From assembly GCF_009914755.1 (NCBI RefSeq), contig NC_060928.1: a stretch of 64,000 nucleotides of DNA. One strand, 5' to 3'. Of this stretch, positions 1-16,169 are shown piece after piece. The translations under genes and the position numbers were made by a program. The DNA is from the human T2T-CHM13v2.0 reference genome, Homo sapiens. The notes under the pieces are model-generated. The model was not told the DNA's origin. It did not search any database and saw only the letters and a list, made by a program, of their open reading frames with translations. Position 1 is the first letter of the stretch, and every line of letters begins with the position of its first letter.

Positions 1-1430
1 ACAAAGGTGCCAAGAATGCATATTAGAAAAAAGGTAATCTCTTCAATAAATAGTGCTAGGAAAATTGGATATCCATATCCAGAAGAATGACATTAGACCA
101 CTGTCTCTCACCATATACAAAAATAAAATTAAAATGGATTAAAGGCTTAAATCTAACACCTCACCTCATACTATGAAACTATTAAAAGAAAACCTTGGCA
201 GGACATTGGTCTGGGCAAATATTTCTTGAATAAAACCTCAAAAGTATAGGCAACCAAACAAAAATGGAAAAATGGGATCATATCGTTAAAAAGCTTCTGT
301 ACAATAAACGAAACAATCAACAAAGTGAAGAGATGACCCATAGAATAGGAGAAAATATTTGCAAACTACTTATCTGACAAGAGATTAATAACTAGAATAT
401 ATAAGGAGCTGAAACAACTCTATAAGAAAAAAATCTAATAATCCTATTTCTAAATGGGCAAAATATCTGAATAGTCTTTTCTCAGAAGAAGACATACATA
501 TGACAAACAGGTATATGAAAATGTGCCTAACACAACTGATCATCAGAGAAATGTAAATCTAAATGACAATGAGGTATCATCTCACCCCAGTTAAAATAGC
601 TTAAAACTGAAGACAGACAATAACAAATACTGGAGAAGGTGTGGAGAAAAGGCAACCCTCACACTGTTGGTGGGAGTGTACATTAGTACAGCCACTATGG
701 AGAAGAGTATGGAGGTGCCTCAAAATTTACCAATAGAACTACCATATGATCCAGCAATCTTACTGTTAGGTATGTACCCCAAAGAAAGGGAATCAGTAAA
801 TTGCGGAGGTATTAGCACATCTATGTTTATTGCAGCACTATTCACAATAGACAAGATTTGTAATTAATCTAAATGTCCATTAACAGATTAATGGATTTAA
901 AAATGAGATACGTATACACAATGGAGTACTATTCAGTTCAGCCATAAAAAGAATGAGATCCTGTTATTTGCAACAACATGGATGGAACTAGAGGATACTA
1001 TGGCAATTGGAAAAAGGCAGGCACAGAAAGACAAACTTTGTGTTTTCTTGCTCATTTGTGAGAGCTAAAAATTTAAACAATTAAACTCATGGAAATAGAT
1101 GTAGAATGATGGTTACCAGAGGCGGGGAAGGCTATTTGGGAGTTGGAGAAGTGGGATGGTTAATGAGCACAAAAATATGGTTAGAATGAATAAGATCTAG
1201 CATTAGATAGCACAACAGTGTGACTAGAGTAAACAATAGCTTATTGTACATTTAAAAATAGCTGAAAGAGTACAATTGGAATGTATGTAACAGGAAGAAA
1301 TGATAAATGCTTAAGGTATCCAATACCCCATTTACTCTGATGTGCTTATTACACATTGTGGGCCTGTATCAAAATATCTCATGTACCCCATACATATTTA
1401 GACCTACTATGTACCCATAAAAATTAATAA
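1..1430 (+). mobile_element. LINE-1 3' portion (end of ORF2 plus 3' UTR), L1MA2/3-like, degraded
   Basis: ORF2 C-terminal remnants (LPIELPYDPAILLLGMYPKE at 667-867) followed by an L1MA-type 3' end: 'ccccatttactctgatgtgcttattacacattg...cctactatgtacccataaaaattaa'. Confidence 0.9.
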
Positions 1431-1719
1431 CTTATTTTTCATCCAAAGGAGTTAAGAAGCGCTAATTTTTCATCTGTATTTTAATTTAAGACAAATAATG
1501 AGAATCTGTAATCTTGTTATTGTTAACTGCATGTTTTTGAAAATTCTCAGTATCTGAAAAAAGAATCACTGTTAGAAAACAAAACAACAAAAAAAACTTC
1601 CTTACTACATTGCTTAAATTACGGCTTTACTTATGGTACAAAACAGAATAATTACATCTACTTCTGTATTGATTTTCCTTTAGACATATTATTACTGTTA
1701 AGAATACCCGGCAGCCTTG

Positions 1720-2260
1720 GGATGCCTCTACCCACAACAGTTACACTTCGAGACATTTGTCCATGATATATGAATGTATATGTTCACTAAAACTTATGTA
1801 AAAGAATGTTCATAACAATCTTTTTTTATAAAAACCTAAAACTGAACATAATCCATGTGTCCATCCGAGACTAAACAAATTGTAGTACATTCATACAATT
1901 GATTTCATCAATAGAAATGGAACAAACTACTTACTGTTGCAACAAAATGAGTGAAACAAAAATACTATGTTGAGCATGCACAAATACATACATACGTACA
2001 AAACATATAGTGTTATTCCGTTCACATAAAGTGAAAGACCAAGAATAAAATCTATGATTATATAAGTTAAAAAGTGGTTATGTAAATGGGAGGGGTATTG
2101 ATTGGAAAGGTACCTGAAGAAATTTTTGGTTTGATGGAAATGTTCTATGTCTTGTTTGGGCAATGGTAAACACTACTACACTGGTATATAAAATTACTGA
2201 ACCTCATGGATTGAAAAATTAGAAAATAAATTTTATTGAATGTAAATTTTACGTCCTTTA
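1720..2260 (+). mobile_element. Old L1 (L1MC/L1ME-like) 3' fragment
   Basis: Degenerate L1 3' motifs ('tatgttcactaaaacttatgtaaaagaatgttcata', 'atggaaatgttctatgtcttg'). Boundaries are approximate. Confidence 0.55.
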
Positions 2261-3321
2261 AAATAAGCCTTGAAGAGAGTGATTAGAAGGGAGCAAAGCA
2301 GAGATTTGTTGGGACTGGTAATTTGTTTCTTGATTAGCAAAGGTTACACTGTGTTTAATTTTGTAAAAATCTTATTTGTTCACTTAGGCTTTCTGCCATT
2401 TTTGTATATATGCTATTCCTCAATTTATTTTAAAAAACTTTATTAAAATTAAATTAGGCAGAAGTTAACTATATTTTTTTAAAACCTTTAAACACTCTCA
2501 AATAAAATACAGACTGTTATTATTGCATCATTAAAAAGATATTTAGGATAGTTACAAAGAAACCTACCTAGTCAAGGATCTTATATTCCAGATTTTAGCT
2601 GCAAGTCCAATATTTTGTAAAATAGTAAAAGACAAATCAACAACCAGATGAGTTTCTCATTAAATGAAAATAATTTGGAAAATAACTTCTATGCATAATT
2701 CAGCATAGGGTGAGGTCCAAGTGAAATAATACTTATACATAATATTTGAAAACCGGAGAGCACAATATAAATGTAGGATATTTCTGTCTACCTCATCAAT
2801 CATACATTGATAGACTAATTTTTAATAATAAATGTCACTAATTTTTCTCACAATACCAATCAAGATTGCCATTAAAAATTTCACCAGCCATGGTGATCTT
2901 ATTTCTCAGCGACCTGAGGAAAAGAAGAATTTGGAACTCTGGATATCGTATGAGACAAACATTTGAGTTAGACTGACAGTGGACATAGAGTTTTCTAAGA
3001 GTAATAGGACTTGACAGCCAAGTCATATCTGCCAGTTGAAATGAGACCTACCCAGTGTCTGTGAGTATAGAAGCCTTTTGTCAACTCATAGCCACTCTTC
3101 TTCACTCTCATACCTCTCATACTTTCTTCCTGTATATACAACTGTCATCATCATCATCATCATCACCAACATCATTAGTGATATTACTTTATCACTATCA
3201 TTCATTAAACACCTAAACTTATAAATTCTTTACATAGAAAATATAATTTTTTCTCCACATTTCCAGGGTCCTTACATTCCAATTTTCTTAAAGTTGCTCT
3301 TGTTCACTGCATTTGTGTTGA

Positions 3322-3531
3322 TCAGACTGCCTCATCCTGGACAATGCTGACATTTTGGAGTGGATTATTCTTTGCTGTTCAGAAAGGAATTAAGTGTATT
3401 AATGTTTAGCAGAATCTCTGACCCATTAGATTCTAGTCATACCTCTGGTTGTGACAACAAACGCCTACAGACATTGCCAGATGTTTCCAGGGAAAAGGGG
3501 ATGCAAAATCACCCCCAATTGGAAACTACTG
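3322..3531 (-). mobile_element. MER20 DNA transposon fossil (hAT-Charlie)
   Basis: 'tgacattttggagtggattattctttg...gttgtgacaac...cagacattgccagatg...gcaaaatcacccccaattggaaactactg' matches the reverse complement of the recalled MER20 consensus. Confidence 0.8.
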
Positions 3532-4056
3532 ATGCACATTAAAGTAGCCAGAATCTAATGTTAATTAGGCTTCATGAAAAATATCTTTGACTTGTAGTCA
3601 AAAGATCTGGGATTGGATCTCAGTGTTGCCATTATAGTAGCTATATGATCGAAACAAACTAATTAGATTTTTACTTCCTTTGACTATCAAGTGATAGTAA
3701 TAATATATCAGATCTTCCCATGAATTACTATCATTCCCTAGTCTTAGTATAAAATACATAGTTGGACATGTTCCTGTCATACTTAAAGTAAGCCTTCACC
3801 TATTATATTATAATAAATCACAATGTCAATTTTCTTTGTAAAACATTTCTCAATAATGGTTTTCATTTTTGCTTATTTGTATCTATTAACATCAAGCACA
3901 TTAGAATGTTAAAAGCATGAGAATGGGTACCCTAACCCTCTAGGTAACCTGTTTGTAACTACTTAACACATGGAAAGGTAGCTACATAAAAAATGCTCAA
4001 TATATATTTAGTGTGCAGTGATTCACTGCAATAAATTATGGGAAAGTAACAGAGTA

Positions 4057-5397
<1,341 letters not shown>

Positions 5398-5538
5398 TAG
5401 CTCCTATTACATTGTTCCTGTTACGTTTCTGGTGCTCACTGAATGGCATTTTCTTCTTTCCTTGTGTTACCAAAAATAAAGTTTCCCCAAATTATTTCCC
5501 TGGTAAAGAAACACTATGTCACAACCTGGAATAGCACA

Positions 5539-6052
5539 TGTGATAGGCAGAATAATGGCTCTTTGAAGAAGTCCATGTCCGACTGGAAGCTCTGAATATG
5601 CTCCCTTACATGGCAAAAAGTACTTACTTTGTAGACGTCATTAGATTAAGGATCTTGGGATAGGGAGGATATATTGTGTTATCAGGGTTAAGTCCAATCT
5701 AATCACAAGAGTCTTAAATAATTAGAAAAGGAAAGTGGAAAAAGAAGGCAAAAGAGTGGAAACCCAGACAGATGGCAGCATGAGAAAGAGCCTAAATTTG
5801 TTAGCTTTGAAGTTGTAAAATGAGTACTATGAGCTAAGGGATGTAAATTAGCCTTGAGAAGCTGGAAAAGGCAAGGAGATGATTCTTCCTAGAGCCTCCA
5901 GAAAGGAACTGAGCCCTATTAACAGCTTCATTTTATCCCGGTGGACCCATGCTGGACTTCTACCCTGTAGAACTGTAACTAAATAAACTTCTGATGTTTT
6001 AAACTGCCAAGTTTGTGGGAATTTGTTGCAGCAACAATACAAAACAAATACA
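5539..6052 (+). mobile_element. MLT1D-like MaLR solo LTR
   Basis: TG...CA ends, start 'tgtgataggcagaataatggc', internal 'ttacatggcaaaa', an AATAAA near 5982 and end 'atttgttgcagcaacaatacaaaacaaataca'. Confidence 0.85.
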
Positions 6053-6346
6053 GAAAGATACCCAGCATATATGTCTCTGGCTTCTCTTTTCTCCTCATCT
6101 CTTTAACTGAAAACAACATCAGCTTTTCACGTTTCTTGTTCGTTATTCCTTCACTTCTGTGTGATACTGCCATCTTAATTTCAGGGAAACAGAAGTTTCC
6201 TGGCATCAGAAAAAATAATTGTGGGTTATAGTGCATATAAACTGGTTTATAATCCAATTGTTTCATGTAATTGTTTCATTCATTTAGTCAATAAATATAA
6301 TTGAGCAATTACTAAGTACTATCATTTCATTACTCAGAGAGAAAAC

Positions 6347-6640
6347 AGTCATCTCCTGGTATCCACAAGGGATAACATAACATAACATAATATTGGTTCC
6401 AGGACCTGCTTCAGGTACCAAAATTCAAGGATGCTCAAGTCATCTATATGAAATTTCATTATATTTGCATATAACTTGGACATATCTTCCTGTATACTTT
6501 AAAACATCTTTACAGTTCTTCTAATACCTAATGTAATATAAATGCTATGCAGATGGTTGTTAACATATTTTTCAAATATTTTTAATCCCTGTTTGGTTGA
6601 ATCTACAGATGTGGTACCCATGGATGCAAAGGGTGAAGAG
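6347..6640 (+). mobile_element. MER2 (Tigger-derived) DNA transposon fossil
   Basis: 'ttggttccaggacc...taccaaaattcaaggatgctcaagtc...tatttgcatataac...ttggttgaatctacagatgtggtacccatggat'. Contains a short (ATAAC)n expansion at ~6373-6391. Confidence 0.8.
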
Positions 6641-8709
6641 TATAAAATATATAAGACAGAGTATCTTTCCTTTACAAATTTATACTCAATGGGGAGGAAA
6701 GTAGGGGGAAAATGAACACCTAAAGAGATAATTTTGAAACATTATCAGATACAATAAGAAAAGTGTTCCTAAAGCTCTGGGCACATATAACCCTTCTCCA
6801 GGACATTCTTTAGAGTAAATAGATACACACTGGCTTTCCCTCATAGTATATCCTTTTTAAGTGCAATGAAAAGTTGACTAAAGGCTATTCATAGAGAACT
6901 AAATTGATTCACACAATAAATGAAAAAAGAAACATCTCTCTTCAAGAGGCATTAAATCTACTCTCCTCAGTGGAAAACTGAGATTAAAAGAGGTGAAAAA
7001 TGATGAGAATGACCTTTTTAGTTCTAATCACACAAATCAGTGCACTGGTGATGAATTCATTAATTTTGATTAAACACAGAACTATGAAGTCATTTGAATT
7101 AATTCAGTAATCACCGTCAAGAAGAGATGCTTTAGAGTTTAACATAGAGTAGTCTAATTTGCACTTTGACCCAGTCTTAGGGAATTGTGTACCAAGACTT
7201 TCAAGTGAGTTTATTTCATGCACAGAAGGGTTAAGCCATGGAGTTGAACAAAAGACCGATAAACAGTAATGAGGTGCTAACCTTCCACAATAAGCACAGC
7301 ATCCAGGTTAGCCTAATTCTTAACAAGACTAGCAGTTTCTGATTGAGGTTAAAAGGGTTCTATTGGTAGCAATGCTATGAAGTCTTTGGAATTGGGAAGA
7401 AAATGTTGAGATACCCCAGACTCAGCATGTGGGAAAAAAAAAGGAGCTTAGGAATTTTAACATGCCAGAGATGCCTTAGGTGGTATTAAAGCCAACTAAA
7501 CTGTGAAATTTTTCCAGAACTCTTGTTAGGAGCCCTATCCATGATTATAAACTGTTTCTTTTAGGGAAATAAAAACTGCTTTTGAGTAAAAATTTGTAAG
7601 AACATACTGCTAGCGGTAACAGAAGAAACGACTTGCTGTTTTTCATAGATTTTTATTGAGATAAATGAAAACATTTGGCTTTCCCACTCACCATGTTGAA
7701 AGTCAGGTGGTCTAATATGCCAGGTGTGCTGGAGTCGGTATCACAGAATCCTTACAACAACTCCTTATAGAAAATCAGAAAGCAAAAGTCTAAGCCATAT
7801 GTGCAAAATGTATATTTTCATCTCACTTTTACCTTCCTATGGGTTTCACCCATGAATTACAATAATAAAAAAAGGAAGAATATTTATTTCATATTGAATA
7901 GTTGAAGGATTTCTATTATCTTTTTTAAAGGCACATTGAGGTTATGACTGTAACTATTTGTATAAGAAAACTACAGAACTTTTAATTAAAAAATGTCACT
8001 TTAAACTTTATTCATTAATAAGAACACTTAATTGAATTAATCATTTTGATATGTGCTACTTGGGTCATAAGGAGGTTAACATGAAATTAAACAGGTTATC
8101 TGCACATAATTCAAAATGACTGACCCTTTTGAAAACTGTTGTTTTTAGAGTAGGATAAAAATCAAGTGGACCAATCATGTCAGGAAAGTCTTTTTTTCCC
8201 TTCCTCATTCTAGAAATCAGAATCTTGACTACATTGCCACACAGAGATCATGCAGAGCAGGGCATTATTTGCTGGAACTAAAGAAAGGCTCTTTAATTCA
8301 AGACTTCAAATAAAATAGAGTATATTTTTTGAGACAATCCAAACTCTAAAATTAAATTAAACAGCCTCATACAGAGCATGATGGTTTAGCAGTGTACACC
8401 ATTGCTATATTGTACAGGAACACTGTCTATATCAGTTACGAAGGCTATCTACGAGGATTCTGCTATAAACTTCCAGTTCCTCAAGCAAATACAACCCATG
8501 AACTAGGCAGCCAGGCAACTAAATAATATATTTGTGATATAATCTGGCTCTGTCTGTGTTTTCCACACTCTTCTCATTCCATTCTGTTCCGGATTGAAAT
8601 AGTAGGAGTCTGTTTTAGTACTCTTACTACCTAGAATTCATGCATCACAAATCCTCAAAGTCTTCACTATAGCTTGCAACAATTAATTTCTATGAAACAC
8701 CTCGCTCCT

Positions 8710-9064
8710 TGTATTAGTTCCTTTTCACACTGCTGATAAAGATATACTGGAGACTGGGCAATTTACAAAAGAGGTTTAATTGGACTTACAGTTCCACGTG
8801 GCTGGGGAAGCCTCACAATCATGGCGGAAAGCAAGGAGGAGAAAGTCACATCTTACATGCATGATAGCAGGCAAAAAGAGAAAGCTTGTGCAGGGAAACT
8901 CCCTTTTATAGAACTATCAGATCTCCTGAGACTTACTCACTATCACAAGAACAGTACGGGAAGGACCAGCCCCCATGAATCAATTACCTCCCACTGGGTC
9001 CCTTCCACAACACGTGGGAATTCAAGATGAGATTTGTGGGGAGGGGCACAGTCAAACCATATCA
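8710..9064 (-). mobile_element. THE1 (THE1A/B-like) solo LTR
   Basis: 'tgtattagt...gctgataaaga...cagttccacgtggctgggga...aaaccatatca' with a perfect 5-bp TSD ctcct (8705-8709, 9065-9069). Confidence 0.93.
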
Positions 9065-9682
9065 CTCCTCATTAACATTTATGTAAAATGTTTGTTTCTT
9101 GCTTTCCTTATTAATCCACGAATACATATTTATGTTTCCTCGATCCTTTAGCACACTCTCAAGTTTAGTACTTTTTACATTCTACATTTTACCAGTGAGA
9201 TTTCTTTCCCCTTGGTCAGCAATGGGTCGAGCTTTATTTTGTACCCCTTTGAGAAACATTCATTTCATGATTTGAATTCATTCTGAAAATCAGCCCTCCA
9301 TTGTGAACCATTGTAATACTTCCCTTATGATAGCTAATTTGCCCCTAGCAGTAATTGGTAGCGCTTCAAAATCAAGCTACATCAAATTTAGTATATTTCT
9401 TTTATAAATGGGGTAAGCACTTTATTTAGTGTTAAAAAAAACATGATTTTTACATAAACACATATATTAGCTTTTTACCTTTTTTGATCTGAATTATTAA
9501 AAGGACAATAAATACTGTGAGGCATTACTACTGAGCTGTAAACAGCCATATGAACTTTCATTATTTAAAAAAATCATATTTTTAATTATTCACTGTAATG
9601 AATTTTCATCAGTTTTATTGAATTATCATAGACTATTTTAATTTTATGACATCAATGTACACATTAACATTGATAATGATCC

Positions 9683-10163
9683 TGTTAAAGAAAAACTATT
9701 CTAAAACTTATTAAAAATGGTAAGGAAGTCTTTATTCAAGACTATTGCAATAGTTGTCAATATTACTGTAATAAGAAAGGAAGATTGGGGTTACCCCCAA
9801 ATACAACAAAGACAAGTGGGAATTTATAGCCTGGAGCATCTTTGCAGGGATCAGGGTCGAGTGAATTGAAATTTACTACTAGGAGACATCAAAGGTAGGA
9901 GGAATTCTTGCTAAACTGACCTAATAGAATGCCTGCTGAAGGCGGGCCAGGATGGTAAGATATTTAGCAGGTAGTAGGGGATGAGGAATTGCCAGATACC
10001 AAGTGATCAGGTATCAAAGGCAGAAGGATTCTCTCTAAATTGTCTTAGCAGGATTCTTGCTAAAACCAGACTCTAGAAAGTTGAAAAGAAAAGCCCAAAT
10101 TCAAGGCCTACTTGAAAAAAACGGCTTAAAGAAGTCTGACTAAAGTTTGGTCAAGGAGAGTCC
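9683..10163 (-). mobile_element. MER31-like ERV1 solo LTR
   Basis: The reverse complement begins 'actctccttgaccaaactttagtcag' (MER31 start). Repeated 'attcttgctaaa' motifs; other end 'tgttaaagaaaaa'. Confidence 0.72.
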
Positions 10164-10422
10164 ATCCTAAGCTATTTTTAATTGTTTTTTTTAAATTGTA
10201 TTAAGCATACTTCATTTTATTAATATCCTGTGCTCACACTGCTTAAGAATGTTGAACTTCTCACTGCTAACTCACTGTATCAGCATGCTTCCGGCTCACA
10301 TTCTTTGTACTTGCTTTTTCTTTTCCTGGAATTCTCTTTCCCTGTCTATTTACGTGTTTTCTTTCCTGAATTATATTGGATCTTTACTTAAATGTCACCT
10401 CCCTTAGACTAAGCCAATCTGA

Positions 10423-10910
<488 letters not shown>

Positions 10911-12231
10911 ATGCTTCATTTTTCTACTTAATATGTATCAACTAAAATTAAATATACATATATATATATACATATACCACATATATAAAACATACATGTG
11001 ATGTATGTGTATTTCCCTCATTTTCTCTCCCACTTGTGTGTAAGCTTCTTGAGACTGAATATTTTGACTGTTTTATTCATTCGTGGAATCCTATTTCTTA
11101 AGATTGGCTTAGGTGTCATTTCCTTCAGTGTAGTTCCCTTACAGTGGAAATTCTTATTCCCATTATGCTTCTCTTGCACAGAACTTGTTTTGGAGTTGCA
11201 TTCGTAGACCCTACTCAATACTTATTAATGCTTCAAAAGTGGTGAATCGTCAACTCTGAAAGTGCCTATACTTTATAGAAACAATATAAACTCTAGAGTA
11301 TACATATCAAATAATTAAGGCAGGTACTTACTCTAAATCTTTGCAAAGAAAACTCAGTGTGATTATTTATAAGGCATTTAAAAGCCACAGAATTTGTGAT
11401 CTCTGATTCCAAGTCACAGCTCATCACAATTTAAGTGAGTAATATACAAATCACCTGGAAGACAGATTCACATATACCTATATTGATGCCCAAAGAACAC
11501 AATAAAAGAACCAGTATTCATGAAGAATGTGGAAAATAAGGAGTTAAGCTGAAGTGACAGTCCTTTAGTCAAAAATTCTGTATATGCTAGAAGTTTTGTG
11601 ATTTCTGTTTTAGCTCCAAGCAATAATACAGAGAATAGAAATGATTTTTATAGAATTGGGATACTTAACTTGTGGGTTCTCTGGAGGCCTTGGATAAATT
11701 GGTCATTATTTAATCTTTAACTAGTAAAGATGGCCCAGGCAGCATGAAGAGGAAGAGGCAGGTGGACTAATCTGCTCATGCTGCTCTTATCTCATTTATT
11801 TATATAGAAATTATTTCTTTTTACGCAGAACAGTATAGAAAAAGTCTGAATAAATAGAAGATAATTAAATATTCTCAAAGGGATCTAAAGTCACTTAGAT
11901 TTTTCATTAAAAAGTGCATTTTTTATTGTAACTGAAAGGACAAATAAAATTTCATACACCTTTAGAACTTGAAATATTTTCAGATAGAATGAATCTGTAT
12001 TATAATTGTTATAACATTTAAATAACTTTGTTAATTTTAAAATATTTAATTTCCCATCTGTACCTGTGAAATTCTTAATTATCTTTCTCTTACTATTTTT
12101 TCCACATTTACTGAAACAAAAAATAACTTATTTGGCATTGTGCAAAATCTCATCTCTTAGAAATCTACCACTATTTGAGCAAGTACTGTGGATTTTTCAA
12201 ATTCCAATATTTCCTTTGGTTTTCCTTTCAT

Positions 12232-12535
12232 TTTTCATTTTTTAATTAATTAATTAATTTTGAGACAGAATCTCTGTCTGTTGCCCATGATGGAGTGCGG
12301 TGGTATGATCTCAGCTCACTACAACCTCCGCTTCCCAGATTCAAGCGATTCTCAGGCTCCCAAGTAGCTGGGATTAGAGGTATTCACCAACACACCCAGC
12401 TAATTTTTGTATTTTTAGTAGAGACGGGGTTTCATCATGTTGGCCAGGCTGGTCTCACACGCCTCACTTCAAGTGATGTGCCCACCTCAGCCCCACAAAG
12501 TGCAGGATTACAAGCATGAGCCACCACACCTGGCT
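12232..12535 (-). mobile_element. Alu (AluS-type) with a small internal deletion
   Basis: Reverse-complement Alu 'tttgagacagaatctc...gagccaccacacctggc'. Confidence 0.93.
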
Positions 12536-13004
12536 TGTTTTATTTTTATTTTTTTAATGTAAAAAATAATATCCATCTGTTGCTACTAGGAAAACAGAAA
12601 TATGTACAAATCATATGTATGAAAACAACTTACTCATCTTTGCCTTATACATTATTCATATATAATAGTGGCATATTTACAGAATAAATTTATAAAAGTA
12701 TAGTTAAAAATATTAAATGTTGGATTTTAATATATTTTACTATATTACTTCCAACAGTGTGACATATAGATACATTAATGTATGAAAATATTTATTTTTT
12801 CCTAATGTCATTAAATGAAAGAGTTATATATATATATTTTTGGTCAGTCTCAATTAATTTCAATTCAAATGAGCTGACCTCTGAATGATTTATTAGACAC
12901 CTGGATTTAGGAAAACAAAACTTTAGTTTACCAGTGTCTTCTAATTGTATGTTTGGGTCAGTTTTAAAACCATTTGAATGTATTTAAATATGTTTATCTT
13001 TCTT

Positions 13005-13500
13005 AAGTTTAATTTTCTTATTTTAATTGATACATAATAGTTGTACATATTTATGGAGTATGATATTTCAATATACATGTACAATGTGTAGTGAGCAGGG
13101 TAATCACCTCAGACATTTATCATTTCTTTGTATTGGGAACTTTGAAAGTTTTCTCTTTTAGCTACTTTGAAATATACAATAAATTGTTGGTAACTACAGT
13201 GACTCGATTATACTATAGACAATATAACTTATTTCTCCTAACTGCAATTTTGTACCCATTAATCAATCTCTCACTATTCCCTGACCTATCCCTTAACCTT
13301 CCTAACCTCTGATAACCACTATTCTACTCTCTACTTCTATGATACAAATTTGTTCAGTTCTCACATATGAATAAGAACATGTGGTTATATTTCTGTGCCT
13401 GACTATTATTATTAAGTAAAATAATATAATGTCCTCCAGGTTAATCTATGTTGTTGCAAATGGCAGGATTTCATCTTTATGTCTGAATAATAGTCCATTG
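13005..13500 (-). mobile_element. L1MA-type 3' UTR
   Basis: 'ttttaattgatacataatagttgtacatatttatgg...aacatgtgg...ttgcaaatggcaggatttcat' is a typical reverse-complement L1MA 3' end. Confidence 0.82.
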
Positions 13501-16168
13501 AGTACATGTGCAGGTTTCTTATATAGGTAAACTGCGTGTCATGGGTGTTTGGTGTACAGATTATTTTCTCATCCAGGTAATAAGCATAGTAGCCAATAGT
13601 TATTCTTTCTGATCCTATTCCTTCTCCCACCCTCCAGCCTCAAGTAGGCCCCAGTGATTGTTGTTCCCATCTACGTGTCCATGTGTTCTCCTTATTTGGC
13701 TCCCACTTATAAGTGAGAGCATGCAGTATTTGGTTTTCTGTTCCTCAGTTAGTTTGCTAAGGATAATGGCCTTGAGCTCCATCCATGTTGCTGAGAAAGA
13801 CATAATCTCATTCTATTTTATGGCTGTACAGTATTTCATGGTATATATATACATTTTCTTTCTCCAGTCTATTGTTGATGAGCATTGAGGTTGATTCCAT
13901 ACTTTTGCTATTGTGAATAATACTGCAATGAACATAAATGTGCATGTGGCTTTATAGTAGAACAATTTATATTCCTTTGGGTATATACCCAGTAATGGGA
14001 TTGCTGGATTGAATGATAATTATGTTGTAACTTCTTTGAGGAATTGCCACACTACTTTTCACAAGTCTCAACTAATTTATACTCCTACCAGCAGTGTATA
14101 AACATTCCTTTTTTTGGCAACTTCGTCAGCATCTGTTATTTTTTGACTTTTTAATAATCACCATTTGATGGTGTGAGATGGTATCTCATTGTGGATTTGA
14201 TTTGCATTTCTTGAATGATGAGTGATGTTGAATATCTTTTCATATGCTTGTTGTCTGCAGATATGTCTTCTTTTGAAAAGTGTTTGGTCATATCTTTTGT
14301 CCACTTCTTCATGGTGTTGTTTGTTTAAGTTCCTTATAGATTCTGGATGTTAGTCCATTGTCAGATGCATAACTTGCAAATATTTCCTATGATTCTGTAG
14401 GTTGTCTCTTTACTCTGTTGATAGTTTCTTTTGCTGTGCAGAAACTCTATAGTTTAATAAGATCTCATTTGTCAATTTTGGTTTTTGTTGCAATTGCTTT
14501 TGGCGTCTTCATCAGGAAATCTTTGTCAGGTTCTATGTTCATAATGATTTTTTCTAGGTAATCTTTCAGGAATTTTATAATTTTAGATTTTACATTTTTC
14601 TCTTTAATCCATCTTGATATGATTTTTGTATATGGTGTAAGGAGAGGATCCAGTTTAAATTTTCTGCCTATGGTGAGCTAGTTATCCCAGCATCATTTAC
14701 TGAACGGAGACTTCTTTCCCCTTTTCTTGTTTTTGTCAGCTTTGCTGAAGATCAGATGGATGGAGGTGAACAACATTATTCCTGGACTTTCTATTTTGTT
14801 TCATTCTGCTTTGTATCCGTTTTTGAACTAGCACCATGCTGTATTGGTTACTATAGCTTTGCAGTAGAGTTTGAAGTCAGGTAATGTGATGTCTCCAGCA
14901 TTGTTCTTTTTCTTTAGAATTGCTTTGGCTATTTGGGCTCATTTTTGGTTCCATATAAATTTTAAAATACTTTTTTCTAATTCTGTGAAGAATGTATTGG
15001 TAGGTTGATAGGAATAGCATTGAATCTATATGTTGCTTTGAACAGTATGACCATTTTAGTGATATTGATTCTTCCTATTTTCCTATTCATGAATATGAAA
15101 TATTTTGCCATCTATTTGTGTAATCTATGATTTCTTTGAAAATCATTTTGTAATTCTCACTGTAGAAATATTTCACCTCCCTGCTTAGCTGTATTTTTAG
15201 GTATCTTATTCATTTTGTGGCTATTGTGAAATACATTTCATTAATTATTTGGCTTTTGGCTTGGATGTTCCTTGTGTATAAGTAAGCTACTGATTTTTAT
15301 ATGTTGATTTTGTATCCTGAAACTTTGCTGAAGTTGTTTATGAGCTGAAGTAGCTTTTGGCCAGAGACTATGGGGTTTTCTAGATATAAAATCATGTTGT
15401 CAACAGGGATAGTTTGACTTTTGCTTTTCTCATTTGGATGCCTTTTATTTCTTTCTCTTGATTGATTCTTCTGGCTAGGACTTCCAATACTATGTTGAAT
15501 AGGAGTAGTGAGAGAGGGCACCCTCATCTTATGCTGGTTTGTAAGGGGAATGCTTCCAGCTTTTGCCCATTCAGTATGATGTTAGCTGTGGGTTTGTCAT
15601 AGATGTCTATTGCTTTGGTATATGTTCCTTCAATGCCTAGTTTGTTGAGGATTTTTAACATGAAGTGATGTTGAATTTTATCAAAAGTCTTTTCTGCTTC
15701 TATTGAGATAATCATGTCTTTTTTTTATTTTAGTTCTGTTCATTTGATAACTTACATTTATTCAGTTGTGTATGTTGAACCAACCTTGCATTCCAGCAGT
15801 AAAGCATACTTGATCCTGGTGGATTAGCTTTATGATGTGCTGCTGGATTCAGTTTGCTAGTTTTTTCTTGAGGATTTTTGCATCAATATTCATCAAGGAT
15901 TTTGGCCTGAAGTTTTTTTCCTTATGTCTCTGCCGAGTTTTGTTATGAGGATGATGTTAGCCTCATAGAATGAGCTGGGAAGGAGTCCCTTAATTTTTGG
16001 AATAGTTTTAGTAGAGAAGATATCAGCTCTTCCTTATATATTTGGTAGAATTCAGCTGTGAATCTATCTGGTCCTGGGCTTTTATTGTTTGGTAGGCTTT
16101 TTATTGTGGATTCAGTTTCAGAAATTGTTATTGGTCTGTTCAGGAACTCAATTTTTTTCATGGTTCAC
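13501..16168 (-). mobile_element. L1PA15/16-like 5'-truncated LINE-1 (3' UTR plus broken ORF2)
   Basis: 3' UTR 'gtacatgtgcaggttt...tggtgtacagattattt' and ORF2 peptides in the ORF track (15524-15715 [16 protein letters not shown], 15943-16161 [14 protein letters not shown]). Confidence 0.9.
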
Positions 16169-16169
16169 C

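Noticed and set aside
5695-5705. CAATCTAATCA DUX4-like motif in MLT1D
   Set aside because: One mismatch to the consensus in a short motif; too weak alone.
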